A stretch of DNA of 64,000 nt, from NCBI GenBank assembly GCA_000165425.1, contig CT868056.1:1-64000 (forward strand), written 5' to 3'. The DNA comes from Paramecium tetraurelia (lineage: Eukaryota). The translations under genes and the position numbers were made by a program. The notes under the pieces are model-generated. The model was given only the letters and a program-made list of their open reading frames with translations, was not told the origin of the DNA and searched no databases. Below are positions 50,715 through 64,000 of the stretch, one piece after another (within the stretch, counting starts at the first letter, position 1; every line of letters begins with the position of its first letter).

Positions 50715-53085
50715 ATGGAACCAGAAAGGTCAAAAGAGATCCTCAGTAACTTGCTAGCTAAACAAATTGATATGAATGAGCAACTACAAAATGAAAATGA
50801 AGAATTAAATACTAATCTAAAGTGATTTATTATCTCTATCTTTTAGGCGATTGCTCAATCTCTTAAATTAAAAGGACAGCCAATTGGAAGACATTAAAGA
50901 CAGAATTATTCAAGTTGATTAAACAGAAACACAATATTAAACAACTATCTCTAATCAAACACAACAAATAAAACTAATGCAATCTGAAAATTAGGAATTG
51001 GTGCTTCAAATCCAATCGCAATCAGAAATTAGGTACAAGATGGAATAAGAATTGGCTAAAATTATTGAATCTTTTGAGAAGATGCAAAAAATAAATTAGC
51101 AATAACAAGAAGAAATTAATCTATTATCAGAACGAAATCAACAATTAGAAGAAACCTAATTGACTAATTCCATATAAATTGAACAAAGTTAAAAGTAAAT
51201 TAAATTACTGGTGAGTTCTAATGAAGATTATGAAAAATAAACAGATATACTATTAAAATAAACTAATGAGCTCAAATAAATACAGATTAAATTACTCTAC
51301 AATTTGGATGCAATATAAAAAGAGAAGGATGAAATGACTACTCAATTTGATGAAAAACTCATTCAATTTAAATCTTGTTTCTAAAGTACTGCTGAAAATA
51401 CTAAAGATTTGTCTAATCAAGTCAATGATCTTACTAATCAAACTCAAGTTTTATAAAAATAAGTAATATACTCTCTTTCTAAATTAGAATTAATCACTCA
51501 TTGATCAAATTGAAGACTATTAAACTCTTTCTATGAAATTGGAACAAGAAAGAGATAAATATCATAAGGAATTAGAAATCACAGTCTAAAATAATACAAG
51601 ACTGTAGAATAATAATTCAAATCTAGAAAATCAATTAAATCAACTCTCCCAAGATCAGGAATCATCTATCAAAAAAGTATTAAGTGAACCTTATATATTA
51701 GATGAAATATATGATAGAATAAATTGATGAGTTAGAATAAGCTAATGATAGTTAATTGAAATAAAATAATGAACTTAGATAGTAAATCAAAAAGTTATAA
51801 TTTCAATAAGATTAAGTTCTTAAGGAAAAGGAAGTCATTTATGAATAATTTGAATAAATACAGAAAAATGCTCAACATGATCATGAAGGAAATAGAGATA
51901 AATATATCAAATTAGATAGATCATACAAGGAATTGCATTGCTAATATGACGAATTACAGAATAAAGTATATATCTACTTTTCAAAATATAGTATAAAATC
52001 TAAAATTAAACTTTTGACGAATAATAAATACAAATTCAACAGAATATCAAGGAAATAAGCGAGCTCAAACAAAATTTAAGGATCATTCAGGAATCTGAAA
52101 GAAAACATTCTTATAATTATGAAGTCATTAGTAAAGAGAAGTTTATGGTCACCTAAAAATTAGAAGAGTCCTATTAGATAATTAAGGATTTAAGAGATTA
52201 ATGCTAAATTCTATAAGAAAAATTATAAAAAATAGAAATTTATAATAAAAAATTGCTTATGGAAAGTGAGCAATAATAAAAATAGGTAGGATGATTAATA
52301 TTCTTTTAGATTAAAGCATAAGAAAGTAAAATTGAGGAACACGAAGTGCATATTGAATTACTTTAAGTTTAGATCAATCATAAACAAACTTAATAAGCTG
52401 AAATTGATAGATAATAAGCAATGAAATAATCAACAACAAAAAAAAGTTAATCAGTCAACAAGGAAAATAACAACAATGAATTGATGAGATTAAAGAAACA
52501 AAATACAGAGTTAACCAAAGAGGCAATTTCTTTAAATGAATAGATCTTAGAGCTTAAGGTAATTACTCATAAGTATTTTAGAATGTCATTAATAAACTGA
52601 ATGATTAACTGGCATAACAAAATAAAGTCAAAGCAGGATTAGAATCAAGAATTCAAAGTTTAATTAAAGTTGTTGAAGAGTTTTAATAGAAATAAATTTA
52701 GAAACAATAGGATAGTTTAACGAAAGAGTAATTTCAAAATCAAGTTGAGCAAATCAAAAAGAATTGTTATATTTAGATTTAATAGTTAACAAGGGAGAAT
52801 GAAGAATTAAAAAAGTTATTATAAACACAAGCAAATCAAACTTTCAATTCTACTGAGGAAGTGTCTTCATTATAAGATACTGTAGCAGACTTAAATCGAG
52901 AGAAAGTGAATTTAATTAGAGAGTTGAATTAAGAACATGAGGCAAAAGTCAAATCTGAAGCTGAAAGAGATAAGTTAAAATAATAAATTGAATAATATCA
53001 ACTCGAAATTGAAAATTGCTAAAATTAGTTAGATCTCTATGTCAAAGTACTAAAACAAATGGATGAAAAGTTAAAATAACAATGA
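50715..53085 (+). CDS. Long coiled-coil protein
   Basis: MEPERSKEILSNLLAKQIDMNEQLQNENEEL... Q/E/K heptads, several short introns, TGA at 53083-53085. Confidence 0.75.
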
Positions 53086-54568
53086 TTAAAATTTTTTATA
53101 TTTGAATATTTCTCCTTTTATTATTATAAGATTTGTTTTTTTTTTAATTTAAGAATAGTTTTAATCATATTTATTATAATAATTATTGATTAGAGTTTTA
53201 TTTCATAAATTAAATGTTGTAACACTTAAATTGATTATTTAATTCTTTACACATTTTCTTCAGAATTTAAAACTATTTTTATTAATTTTTTTTAGATATA
53301 CAACCAATGATAATCACAACAGTGTCTATAATGTTTATTTGACTTGCTCTAAGTATAGTTTTCTCTGGATTAAAATTCAATTCTAAATTTAATACTGAAT
53401 ACTCTATATTTGAGTTTGAACAAACCTTTTATCTATAGAAAAATATGTATCATGATTGATTTATCCAATTAATAATAATTTACAGATAATTATTAAATTT
53501 ATTTAAATACCATATAATATTAAAATGCATATTGATATATTGTTATTAATTTAAATATTTCTATCGTTTGTAGAATTCATAGTAGAATGCAGCCTATAAT
53601 GATTTATGTTATATAAATAATCAGAATCTATTTGACTAGCCTAACTCGTAGAGCAAAGTAATTGCTATGAATATTATTACGATGCATAGATGATCAAAAA
53701 TAATAATTTTATCATTAAGTAATTATTTCTAAAATATCATTAAGGTAGTATAATAGAGTTTTCAATTTAATAATTGTAACGTAGTGTAACCAAAGAAGAT
53801 AACCTATGAACAATTGTAATAAATATTATATTAAAAGATTCAATTAATTATAGATTTTATTGGCTGTAAGATAAGAAATTTGTTAATAGGTTTTTAAATA
53901 CAATAATTATTTTTTTAATTCTTAAAAGTTATACTAACCATCCCTTCAATGTTTAAAAATTCCAAACTTATTACAATAAATATAATAAAACAACTATAAG
54001 AGTTAACCTACAAAGTATATCTTATTATTATTGAATTTATTATCTTTCTAATTATGATGAAGAACAATTATCCAATTATGTTAAAATATTCTTTAGTATC
54101 TAAGAAGTATCTAATTTTACAATTTAAGTGATAAAAATAGACACTTTAATTTATTAATATAAACATATTAATTATTAAATTTTATATATTTATTATAATT
54201 TTTTGTAATAGACTGATATAAATTTGATGATAAAAATAAAATAACAAATAGGGTATTGATTCTTGATGATGTTATTCAATGAAAATGAAATTTTATTAAA
54301 CATTCCTTTTAGAGAATACTTTAAGGAAGCTTAAATAGAATTCTATTATAGTTATAGTTCGTTCCATTTTTAGTAGTTAGATTTAATTAGATTATTTTAA
54401 AAAACGAATAGGAGTTAAAATGTAGTACTTCTTTCTAGAATTGAATCCTTGTAGATTATGTTAATATTTTTATTTATTATAATATTCTACAACAATTCCA
54501 ATTGTCAGGATTGATCAAAGAATTTTAATGAAGATAATTTTTAAGATTTAATATTAATTTTAAATCAG

Positions 54569-56955
54569 ATGGAATTTGCTACAGCGCTTGTGTTCATTTT
54601 CCTTTCCTGTGCTTGTGGAATAGTTTGGGCTATTTTCAATTGGATGGCAGTGCACAAAGTGGAAATACATCATAAACATGAAGGATTAACTGAATTGCTT
54701 TAGGGAGCTGAATAAGAAAAGATTGAAACATTATTAGAGATAGGAGAGCACATATAAGAAGTAAGAGATATAGTTAATGATAGGGTGCTTAAGCATTTTT
54801 AAAAGAGGAATACACAGATTGCACAGTATTTTTGGCAATAATGGCTGTATTGTTGATTGTAAGAATATTGAGTATAATCTTAGTTCATTTCCCCATGGTC
54901 TTCATTGGCCTTCGTATTGGGAGCAGCAACCTCAATGCTTTGTGGTTATTTGGGTATGGCGATCGCAACAGCAGCAAACTTTAGAACAGCTTTTTCAGCA
55001 ATCACCTCATTAGCGAATGCGTTTTAAGTAATTATGAATTTAAAAATTATAAGATGGCCTATAGAGGAGGATGCGTGATGGGATTCTTATTGGTTTCAAT
55101 CTCACTGGCAATTCTATCCCTTATCATAATTATATACAATGCAGTAATTGTGAAAAGTGATGAAAACAATTACGAGGACTTGGTGAGAATGTTCGATTAC
55201 GTTGCTGCCTATGGATTAGGAGGATCAACATTTGCCTTATTTGGTAGAGTAGGTGGTGGAATCTACACTAAGGCTGCAGATGTCGGAGCAGATTTGGTGG
55301 GAAAAGTTGAGAAGAATTTGCCTGAAGACAGTCCAAAGGTACTAAATATCAAATTAATATTTATAGAATCCAGCCACAATTGCAGATAATGTGGGTGATA
55401 ATGTTGGTGATATTGCAGGAATGGGAGCTGATTTGTTTGGATCATTTGCTGAATCTACTTGTGCTGCTTTAGTTGTGTCATCAACTCAATTAAGAGTCCA
55501 ATCTGAAGGTGGTTATTCAATTGAAATTGGATAGTTGATGTATCCTTTGATGGTTTCAGCATTCGGAATTGGAATCTGTATATTAGTATCTGCTTATGCT
55601 GTTTACATTTCAAAAGTAAATCATATTAACAAAATTGAATCTACCTTGAAACTTTAATTGTTACTTTCAACTATTGCTCTATCTCCAATTATTATTGGTA
55701 TTTCATATTGGGCCTTACCTGCTGACTTTGTGATGATTGCAGCTGATGGATCAGTCCAATTATCAGAACTTAAACCATATCATGCATTCCTTTGCTCTTT
55801 ACTAGGATTATGGTCAGGATTGTTGATTGGTTATTTCACAGAATATATGACTTCGCATTCTTACACTCCCGTAAGAGAAGTGGCCTAGTCTTGCGGTACA
55901 GGAGCTGCAACAAACATTATTTACGGATTGGCTTTGGGATATCTATCAACAATAGTTCCAATTATAGCTATTGCAGTGACTGCCTTATTATCAATGAAAA
56001 TGCTCTCCTTTTATGGAGTTGCCTTAGCAGCCTTGGGAATGTTATCCAATTTAACTATCGGATTGGCCATTGATGCATACGGACCCATCTCTGATAACGC
56101 AGGTGGTATTGCTGAAATGAGTGAATTGGGAGAAAATGTTAGAGAATCTACTGATGCCTTGGATGCAGCTGGTAACACCACTGCAGCTATTGGCAAAGGA
56201 TTCGCTATTGGATCAGCTGCCTTAGTTTCATTATCTCTTTACGGTGGATATTTAACAAGAATATAGACTTACAAAGTAGGTGATGAATTCCCATACTCAG
56301 AAGGTGCTAAAATTGATGATCCTGTCATCTTCGCTATGTTATTAATCGGAGCTATGTTGCCATATGCATTTTCTGCCTTTACAATGAAATCAGTCGGAAA
56401 AGCTGCTCTCTAAATGGTTGAAGAGGTTCGTAGACAATTACATGAGCGCCCAGGTATATATGCAGGCACAGAAGAACCTGATTTCAGAGCTTGCATTGCT
56501 ATTTCAACCAAGGCTTCATTAAAGGAGATGATTCCTCCTGGATTGCTTGTAAATTATTGAATTTATTTAAATCTAGGTCATTGTCACTCCTACTGCAGTC
56601 GGATTGTTCTTTGGACCATAAGCAGTCGCTGGTTTATTGCCAGGTGCATTGGTAAGTGGAGTACAAATGGCCATTTCTGCATCAAACACTGGTGGTGCTT
56701 GGGATAATGCTAAGAAATACATTGAAGCTGGTTTCTATAGAAATGATGCAGGAGAAGTTAAGAAGAAGGGTTCAGATGAACATAAAGCTGCTGTTATTGG
56801 TATTTGAATAATAATTAATTGTAGGTGATACTGTTGGAGACCCTTTGAAAGATACATCAGGTCCATCATTAAATATTTTGATTAAGTTGATGGCCATCCT
56901 TTCTTTGGTATTAGCTGGAGCATTTTGTAGAACTGGATGGTTGTATTAAGGATGA
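54569..56955 (+). CDS. VP1: Vacuolar-type H+-translocating pyrophosphatase (K+-dependent type)
   Basis: [81 protein letters not shown]. Confidence 0.96.
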
Positions 56956-57000
56956 TCACATATGATTTATCCAATATAAATATAAAACATTATTTAATTT

Positions 57001-58455
<1,455 letters not shown>

Positions 58456-58525
58456 AAAGATCAGGAATTATGAAAAATATACATAAAAGAACATACATAA
58501 AATATATATAATTAACATATATTTG

Positions 58526-58936
58526 TCATAGATCATCTCTTTGGAAACTTGTGTTTTCTTTAATGAATTCTGCCATAGCTTCAACTGTACGGGCTCTTTA
58601 ATATTTAATTTATTCTGGGTTTTCACCGCCCTTTTTAAAGAACACTAAGGTTGGGAATCCCTTAATTTCCACTGCATCAGTCTTATGTTGAGTCCAATCC
58701 ATCTCAGCTATCAACACATTCTAATTTTCGGCTAAGTTTGCTGCCAATGTTTTGTATGCTTCAGCCATATTTTTGCAATGACCACACCAAGGAGCAAAGA
58801 ATTTGACTAAAACATCTTGTTTAGATTCCAAAACAATTGATTTGAAATTATCAGATGTTAATTCAATTACTTTTCCTTCGTTTTTGACATCAGCAAATAC
58901 TGAAATTGCTAAAACCAAGAGTATTAAATATTTCAT
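58526..58936 (-). CDS. Single-thioredoxin-domain PDI-family ER oxidoreductase
   Basis: Signal peptide MKYLILLVLAISVFA, APWCGHCK, GFPTL, C-terminal RDDL. Confidence 0.92.
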
Positions 58937-59882
58937 ATTAATTATTAAAATATCCAAAGTATTTATATCACAATTTATATTTAATCATTTTTATATTTGT
59001 AGTTTATCAAATATAATTATTCAAATATATCATCTATATTTCACAGATACTCACTCAATCCTCTATAAAATATTATAATATGAATGAAATAGACAATATA
59101 TCATATTTACAAACATTTCTAAGCTGGATTTGTTCCAAATATATCCAAGCTCTTATTATCTAAGAAATATTTATTTCAATAGCAGAGTTCAATCCGATTG
59201 ATGTATAAGGTCCCCAATCTATAATTATTGCTTTTTCTCATAAGTTTTAGATGTCTTTTCTTTTATCAGAAGGAAGATTCTCATAATATAATAAATTTGA
59301 TTAAAAATTTATATAAACTCAATATAAACATTTTAAAAATTTATATGTAACAAGGATGAGGAGGTAGTGAATATGAATCACAGATTAATTCAGGCGAAAA
59401 TATCGGCAGCCTGTTTGGGCATATTTTAAATATCAAAAGAGTGAAAAGAATCAAGTAAGGAAATAGATGTTCTTTTGAGAAATGACTTGTGCAATAAACT
59501 ACAAAAATAAAAGCATGTTCACCTGTGGATATCTTTTATAGAGGTTACTTAATTTGAAAGAGAGATTCTGCAATAAACAAAACCAAACCCTTAGTAAGGT
59601 ATTTTTTTAGAACTGAAATTGAGTATTAATGGTATTCAATATTCATATATATATAATATGTAAAATAATTAAAAAAATTAGCCAGTTAGTTTTATTACTA
59701 ACTGCTTGAATTAAAAATTGTAGTTCTAAACAAACTAATCCTATTTGGTTTACCTGCTCTATTGATTAGTGAAGATTCATAGTTGATTTTTTAATGAAAA
59801 AAAGTTCGAGTTATCTTGTATGATATAAATACAATGGATTTTTCTTTTGTAAAATAACATTTTAATTAAATTAACACATTCA

Positions 59883-60171
59883 ATGGGATCTTGCTCCTAA
59901 AGAAAAACATAAACAAACAATTCTTTACACTTGAACAACATGACAAGCAATTCTTAAGGTCCTTCTAGGATGACATGGGCTAATATGGTATAATTGTAAC
60001 AAAAAGAAAGAATAATTCAGCCTTACAACCCCAACAGTTCATATAAAAATGATTTCATTAGGTCTCCAATATCAATATAACGTAGAAGTAGAGGGAGTAA
60101 TTTTTGACATCATTGCTCCTCCAGACCTATTAGACGATGACAATTTAGAGCCAATCGAAGAAGATGAATGA
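59883..60171 (+). CDS. Small 87-aa protein with an N-acylation-like start and acidic tail
   Basis: MGSCSQRKT...PYNPN/SLQYQYNVEVEGVIFDIIAPPDLLDDDNLEPIEEDE-stop after removing the 25-nt intron gttcatataaaaatgatttcattag. Confidence 0.6.
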
Positions 60172-60762
60172 ATTAGTATGATTTTGATATCCACTTCATA
60201 TATATATGAAATATAATTATAACTTCTCTTTGTGGCCAGTTTGGATGAGAAACTTAGCACAATTTTAATAATCACCATAAAACGTGATCTTAAATTGTGA
60301 ACCTAAAAATAGCACTCTAGTCAGTGTGAATTACAAAAGTAATCATGAACTTGAGATCTTTAGTAAAAGGAAGTTGTCCATTACAATTTAGAATTCTCTG
60401 ACAATTTTTGATTTATTTTACACTGAAAAATAAAATTTAGTTAAATAAAGTTACTTACAAGGTTCTTTATGATATCATAATTATAATTTTATGTTGTTTT
60501 TGTTTTTATGTACCTAAAGAAACATTTACAAAAAAACAATTAATAAACAATTTGCATATGTGTAATTTCCTATTTTAATCCTATTTTTTGGATAATTTCT
60601 TTATTCAAAGAGAAGTAACATTTCAAATAATTGATTGAATATATGAAAATATTGTTAATTTTAAGTACAACGGTGTTTGTCTATTACTAATCACAGATTT
60701 AACACAATTAATTAATATAAATAAATTAAATCACTTAATAAAGCAGAAAAAAAAACTAATAT

Positions 60763-62713
60763 TCAATTAGTTGGTTTTAAATTTTAAATGTAATTACAGT
60801 AGTATGCTTCTGATATATTCCATCTAGCCTCCATATTATAAGTTAAACATTTAGTAATAAAATCTTTGCACTCTTAAGAGACATTTGGTTTCTAAGGAAA
60901 TTTAACTTGATAAGAGTTTAAAATAACTCTTTCCTAAGAAATATATAAACAAATAGTACTTATGCTATTCTTTCCTAAGACATCCCATCTCCAAATGGTT
61001 TTTTGCCATAGACCATTTCAAATAATATAACACCCACTGACCATACATCAACTTTGGTGCTAATTTATATATTTGGTTATTCTAAAAAGCATTCAGGAGG
61101 CAAGTACCAATAGGTTCCTAATCCTTAAGACGTTAACTCTTATCTAGTTGTATCATAATCCAGAACCTTACACAATCCAAAATCAGTAATCTTCACTTCC
61201 CCTTTGTGAAACAATATGTTTTGAGGTTTCAAATCATAATGGATAATTTTAGTGGGACTGCAACTCATGTAATGCAATGCTGCCAATACTTGACGGATAA
61301 TTAACTTTGCTTCCTTTTCAGCAAGTAGCTTATATTTTTTCAAATGTTGATTAAGATCTGTGCCATCACAAAATTCCAGTACAGTGCTATATCTAGTAAT
61401 GATAAATACCAAAAGGAATCTTAATCGATTTCTTAAGTATCATATAATGATACTATATTAATATGTTTCAATCTCTTATGAATATCATTCTCTCTGAGAG
61501 CATGTTTGATGTAATTATTTTTTGCATTTTCATTCCATTATGGATTTAAATAATGGATTTTGCAAGCACAAACTCGAAATTCTTGTAAATCAAATGATTT
61601 ATAAACTTCAGAGAATCCTCCTTTGCCCAATAACCCCAAAGTTTAATATCTCTAAGCAATCAATGGCCATTTAGGTTCTGCTCTATAATATCGGCAACTA
61701 AAATTTGAAATATGAGTATACTTCTATTCCTCCATGAATCTCCTTGTTTTGTATGCCAATTGTTGCTTCTCTTCCTCTAGTTTTTGAAGCTTCAATTTAA
61801 GTTCTTCTTCTTCTTTCTTGAGAATACTCAATTAGAATTAGATCCTGAGTTTCCTTTGATTATTATCCAAATCTCCATTCTATAAGTCTAATTCAAATAG
61901 TAACTTAGTTTGCTTATCTTTTTGTATTTTTGATAAGGATTTATCTTTAATTTCACTTTTTTATTTTTCTAACTCATTTCTTTCATTTTCTAACTTTTAT
62001 AAATTTTATTTAACTTGCTTTATTTCATAACCATCTTACCATTCCTCGACAAATCTCACATTATTCCTAGAACTAACAAACTCGCCCAATCTATAACGTT
62101 CCCTCTCCAAATATTCTCTCATTTTTTCCCGCTTCAACTCCTCTACTTATTTCAAAGCCTCTGCAAATACTTCTTAGGTTCTCTTTTTGAAAGCATTATG
62201 CTATTAAATTAATTCCTAACGCTCATTCTCCAATTGTTATTTCTCCTATCTTAATTGCTTTTCCACCTATTCCTTCTCCATCAATTTTTATTACAATTTG
62301 TTTGCATCATCCTCACTTTGTTTTTAAACTGACTATAACATAACTTTACTTTCTTTTGGTTTGGCATACACAGTTTTATCATTCACTTAAGCCTTTTACT
62401 TACCTTCTTCCGTATTCTTTTACTATAACGCTTTAATCTGATTACCCGCTTCATTGCTTACATCTTTCGTTGATTTCAAGTATTTGTAGATCGTTTAACA
62501 ATTAGGTGGATTAACTAGTGCTTATTAATTATTATCATTAGATGATTCATCATCACTTTTTAATTTTTGGATAACCTTTTTTTTAGGCAACTCCGTATCA
62601 ATCCTTCTTTTTCTACTTATCCTCTGTCTATCCTGTGAATTCTCAGGATTCTGGTTAAAGTAATTGGTTATCAACTATTAACCTGAATTCGATTGTTGTA
62701 TTTCTTCTGACAT
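60763..62713 (-). CDS. TLK: Tousled-like kinase
   Basis: Basic NLS-like N-terminus and coiled coils, [51 protein letters not shown]. Confidence 0.92.
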
Positions 62714-62817
62714 TTTAGTGTGTTTTATATAATTATTTATTAAATATACACACTCCTCTTTTATAAAGGTAATAGAAATTAATTAATAACACAAAAAAAG
62801 GTTCCTATGTAATTAAT

Positions 62818-63604
62818 TCATATCCTCTTTTTGGAACCTTAAATTGAACCATCATTTTTTTAAGCCCTTCTTTGCGAAATCAATTTTCCATATGCTTTCA
62901 TTACCTTCTCTCCTTCCTCCTTCTTTTTTGGATCATTCGCCATCAATGCATCCAGCAACTTCTACCTCCTGATTGTACTTATGATCAAACTGAAAGGCAG
63001 ATTCTTATTGATTGGCTGATTGCTCCCATGTCCCAAACGCCCATTTATCATGTCTAAAAGATCACACCACCTCTTTACCTTTAAAAAAATCAATCACCAT
63101 TGTCTCCTTCGAATTGCTTTTGCCATCTCCGTTTTTATTTTTTATAATCTCCAAGAATTCTTTAAATTCAATAGACCCATCATCATCAACTGTATAAATG
63201 AGTTTCTTAACATCCTCACGTGATTCGGCTATGCCCAACGAGATTAATGGCTCCTCTAATTCATCTATACCAATAGATTCTAATCATTTAAAATGCCATT
63301 TCATACTCGATCCATCCTCATCCAAAGAGTTGAAGTACTATTTCAATTGAGAACGCTCCTTGTCATTGAAGTCAATCAAATGCTTATTTTTCCTCTTCAA
63401 CAACCAATGTCTCAACATAGCCTCTTGCTTATATTAGGAATCATAACTTACCAGTTTCGAATCTTATTCATAGAATTCTTTTATTCTCTTATTCTTTTTG
63501 GCTATCAGCTCCTCGTAAGTAATATTTTCCAAACCTTGTGTTTTAATCATTTCCCCTATTTGCTCATTGGTGTAATTGGTAAAATCCATGTTATCATAAT
63601 CCAT
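62818..63604 (-). CDS. EF-hand protein
   Basis: YFNSLDEDGS/KSIGIDEL and IYTVDDDGSIEFKEFLEII; short introns. Confidence 0.82.
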
Positions 63605-63790
63605 TTTATATAATAAATCAAATTATAAACAAATATTTTTGGTGTAATTCAATAAACTATAATACTTTATAATGCCAAATCAATATGATTTTCCACGCTT
63701 TTAAAATTAATTGCATCTAAATTGATAAAATACATATAAATATATATATATAAGTTTCACATATACAGATACACAAGTTTAATTACACAC

Positions 63791-64000
63791 TCATTTTTAA
63801 CTTTATAATTTATGGTTGATTACTATATAAATCATATTTTCTAGACAAGTAGTAGAATAAAATTAAGAAGCTTTAGGAACATGATTTTCTTGGCTAGAGC
63901 ATCTTTTAGGAATAGTTTAATACACATCAGGATATTGTTCCTCAATTATACTTACATTTGTAGAAGCATGAGAACTTTTTAAGGTTTTTCGAAAATATTT
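63791..64000 (-). CDS. 3' end of a hypothetical protein entering from the right edge
   Basis: Open code-6 frame KYFRKTLKSSHASTNVSIIEEQYPDV... ending TGA at 63791-63793. Confidence 0.5.

Noticed and set aside
29986..56955. Functional cluster of proton pumps, PIP kinase and trafficking genes
   Set aside because: Ciliates lack operons, these families are large, and the genes are interspersed with unrelated ones.
59080..59870. Plus-strand ORF from ATG 59080
   Set aside because: Stops after about 96 codons, has no motif, and downstream frames are broken; cannot be supported as a gene.

Overview
Gene-dense, AT-rich ciliate DNA with the hallmarks of a Paramecium (aurelia-type) macronuclear chromosome: TAA/TAG read as Gln, TGA is the only stop, introns are tiny (about 20-31 nt, GT..AG), and intergenic gaps are often under 100 bp. 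The supplied standard-code ORF track therefore fragments nearly every gene, so I re-translated by hand with code 6; boundaries may be off by a few nt. There are about 30 protein genes. These include four CNBD-family K+ channels, a Piwi/Argonaute with an intact D-E-D-H tetrad, a 7TM (GPCR-like)-PIP5K fusion, an N-acylated pseudokinase-TPR protein, a TM/PAS protein, CK1, a Tousled-like kinase, V-ATPase subunit a, a K+-dependent H+-PPase, MetAP2, a single-domain PDI, a TBC Rab-GAP, an SF-assemblin-like protein and a RING/TRAF zinc-finger protein. Most notable: (1) all four channels carry a CCHC zinc knuckle after the CNBD, while three have lost both the S4 arginine ladder and the cNMP-binding residues; (2) the GPCR-PIPK; (3) the BSK-like pseudokinase-TPR; (4) a tail-anchored protein with two tandem longin-like repeats; (5) a Rab pseudogene just behind the Rab-GAP; (6) a perfect 19-bp hairpin inside a CDS. 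Several apparent small insertions probably reflect sequencing errors. I recognised no rRNA, tRNA, CRISPR array, transposon or telomere.
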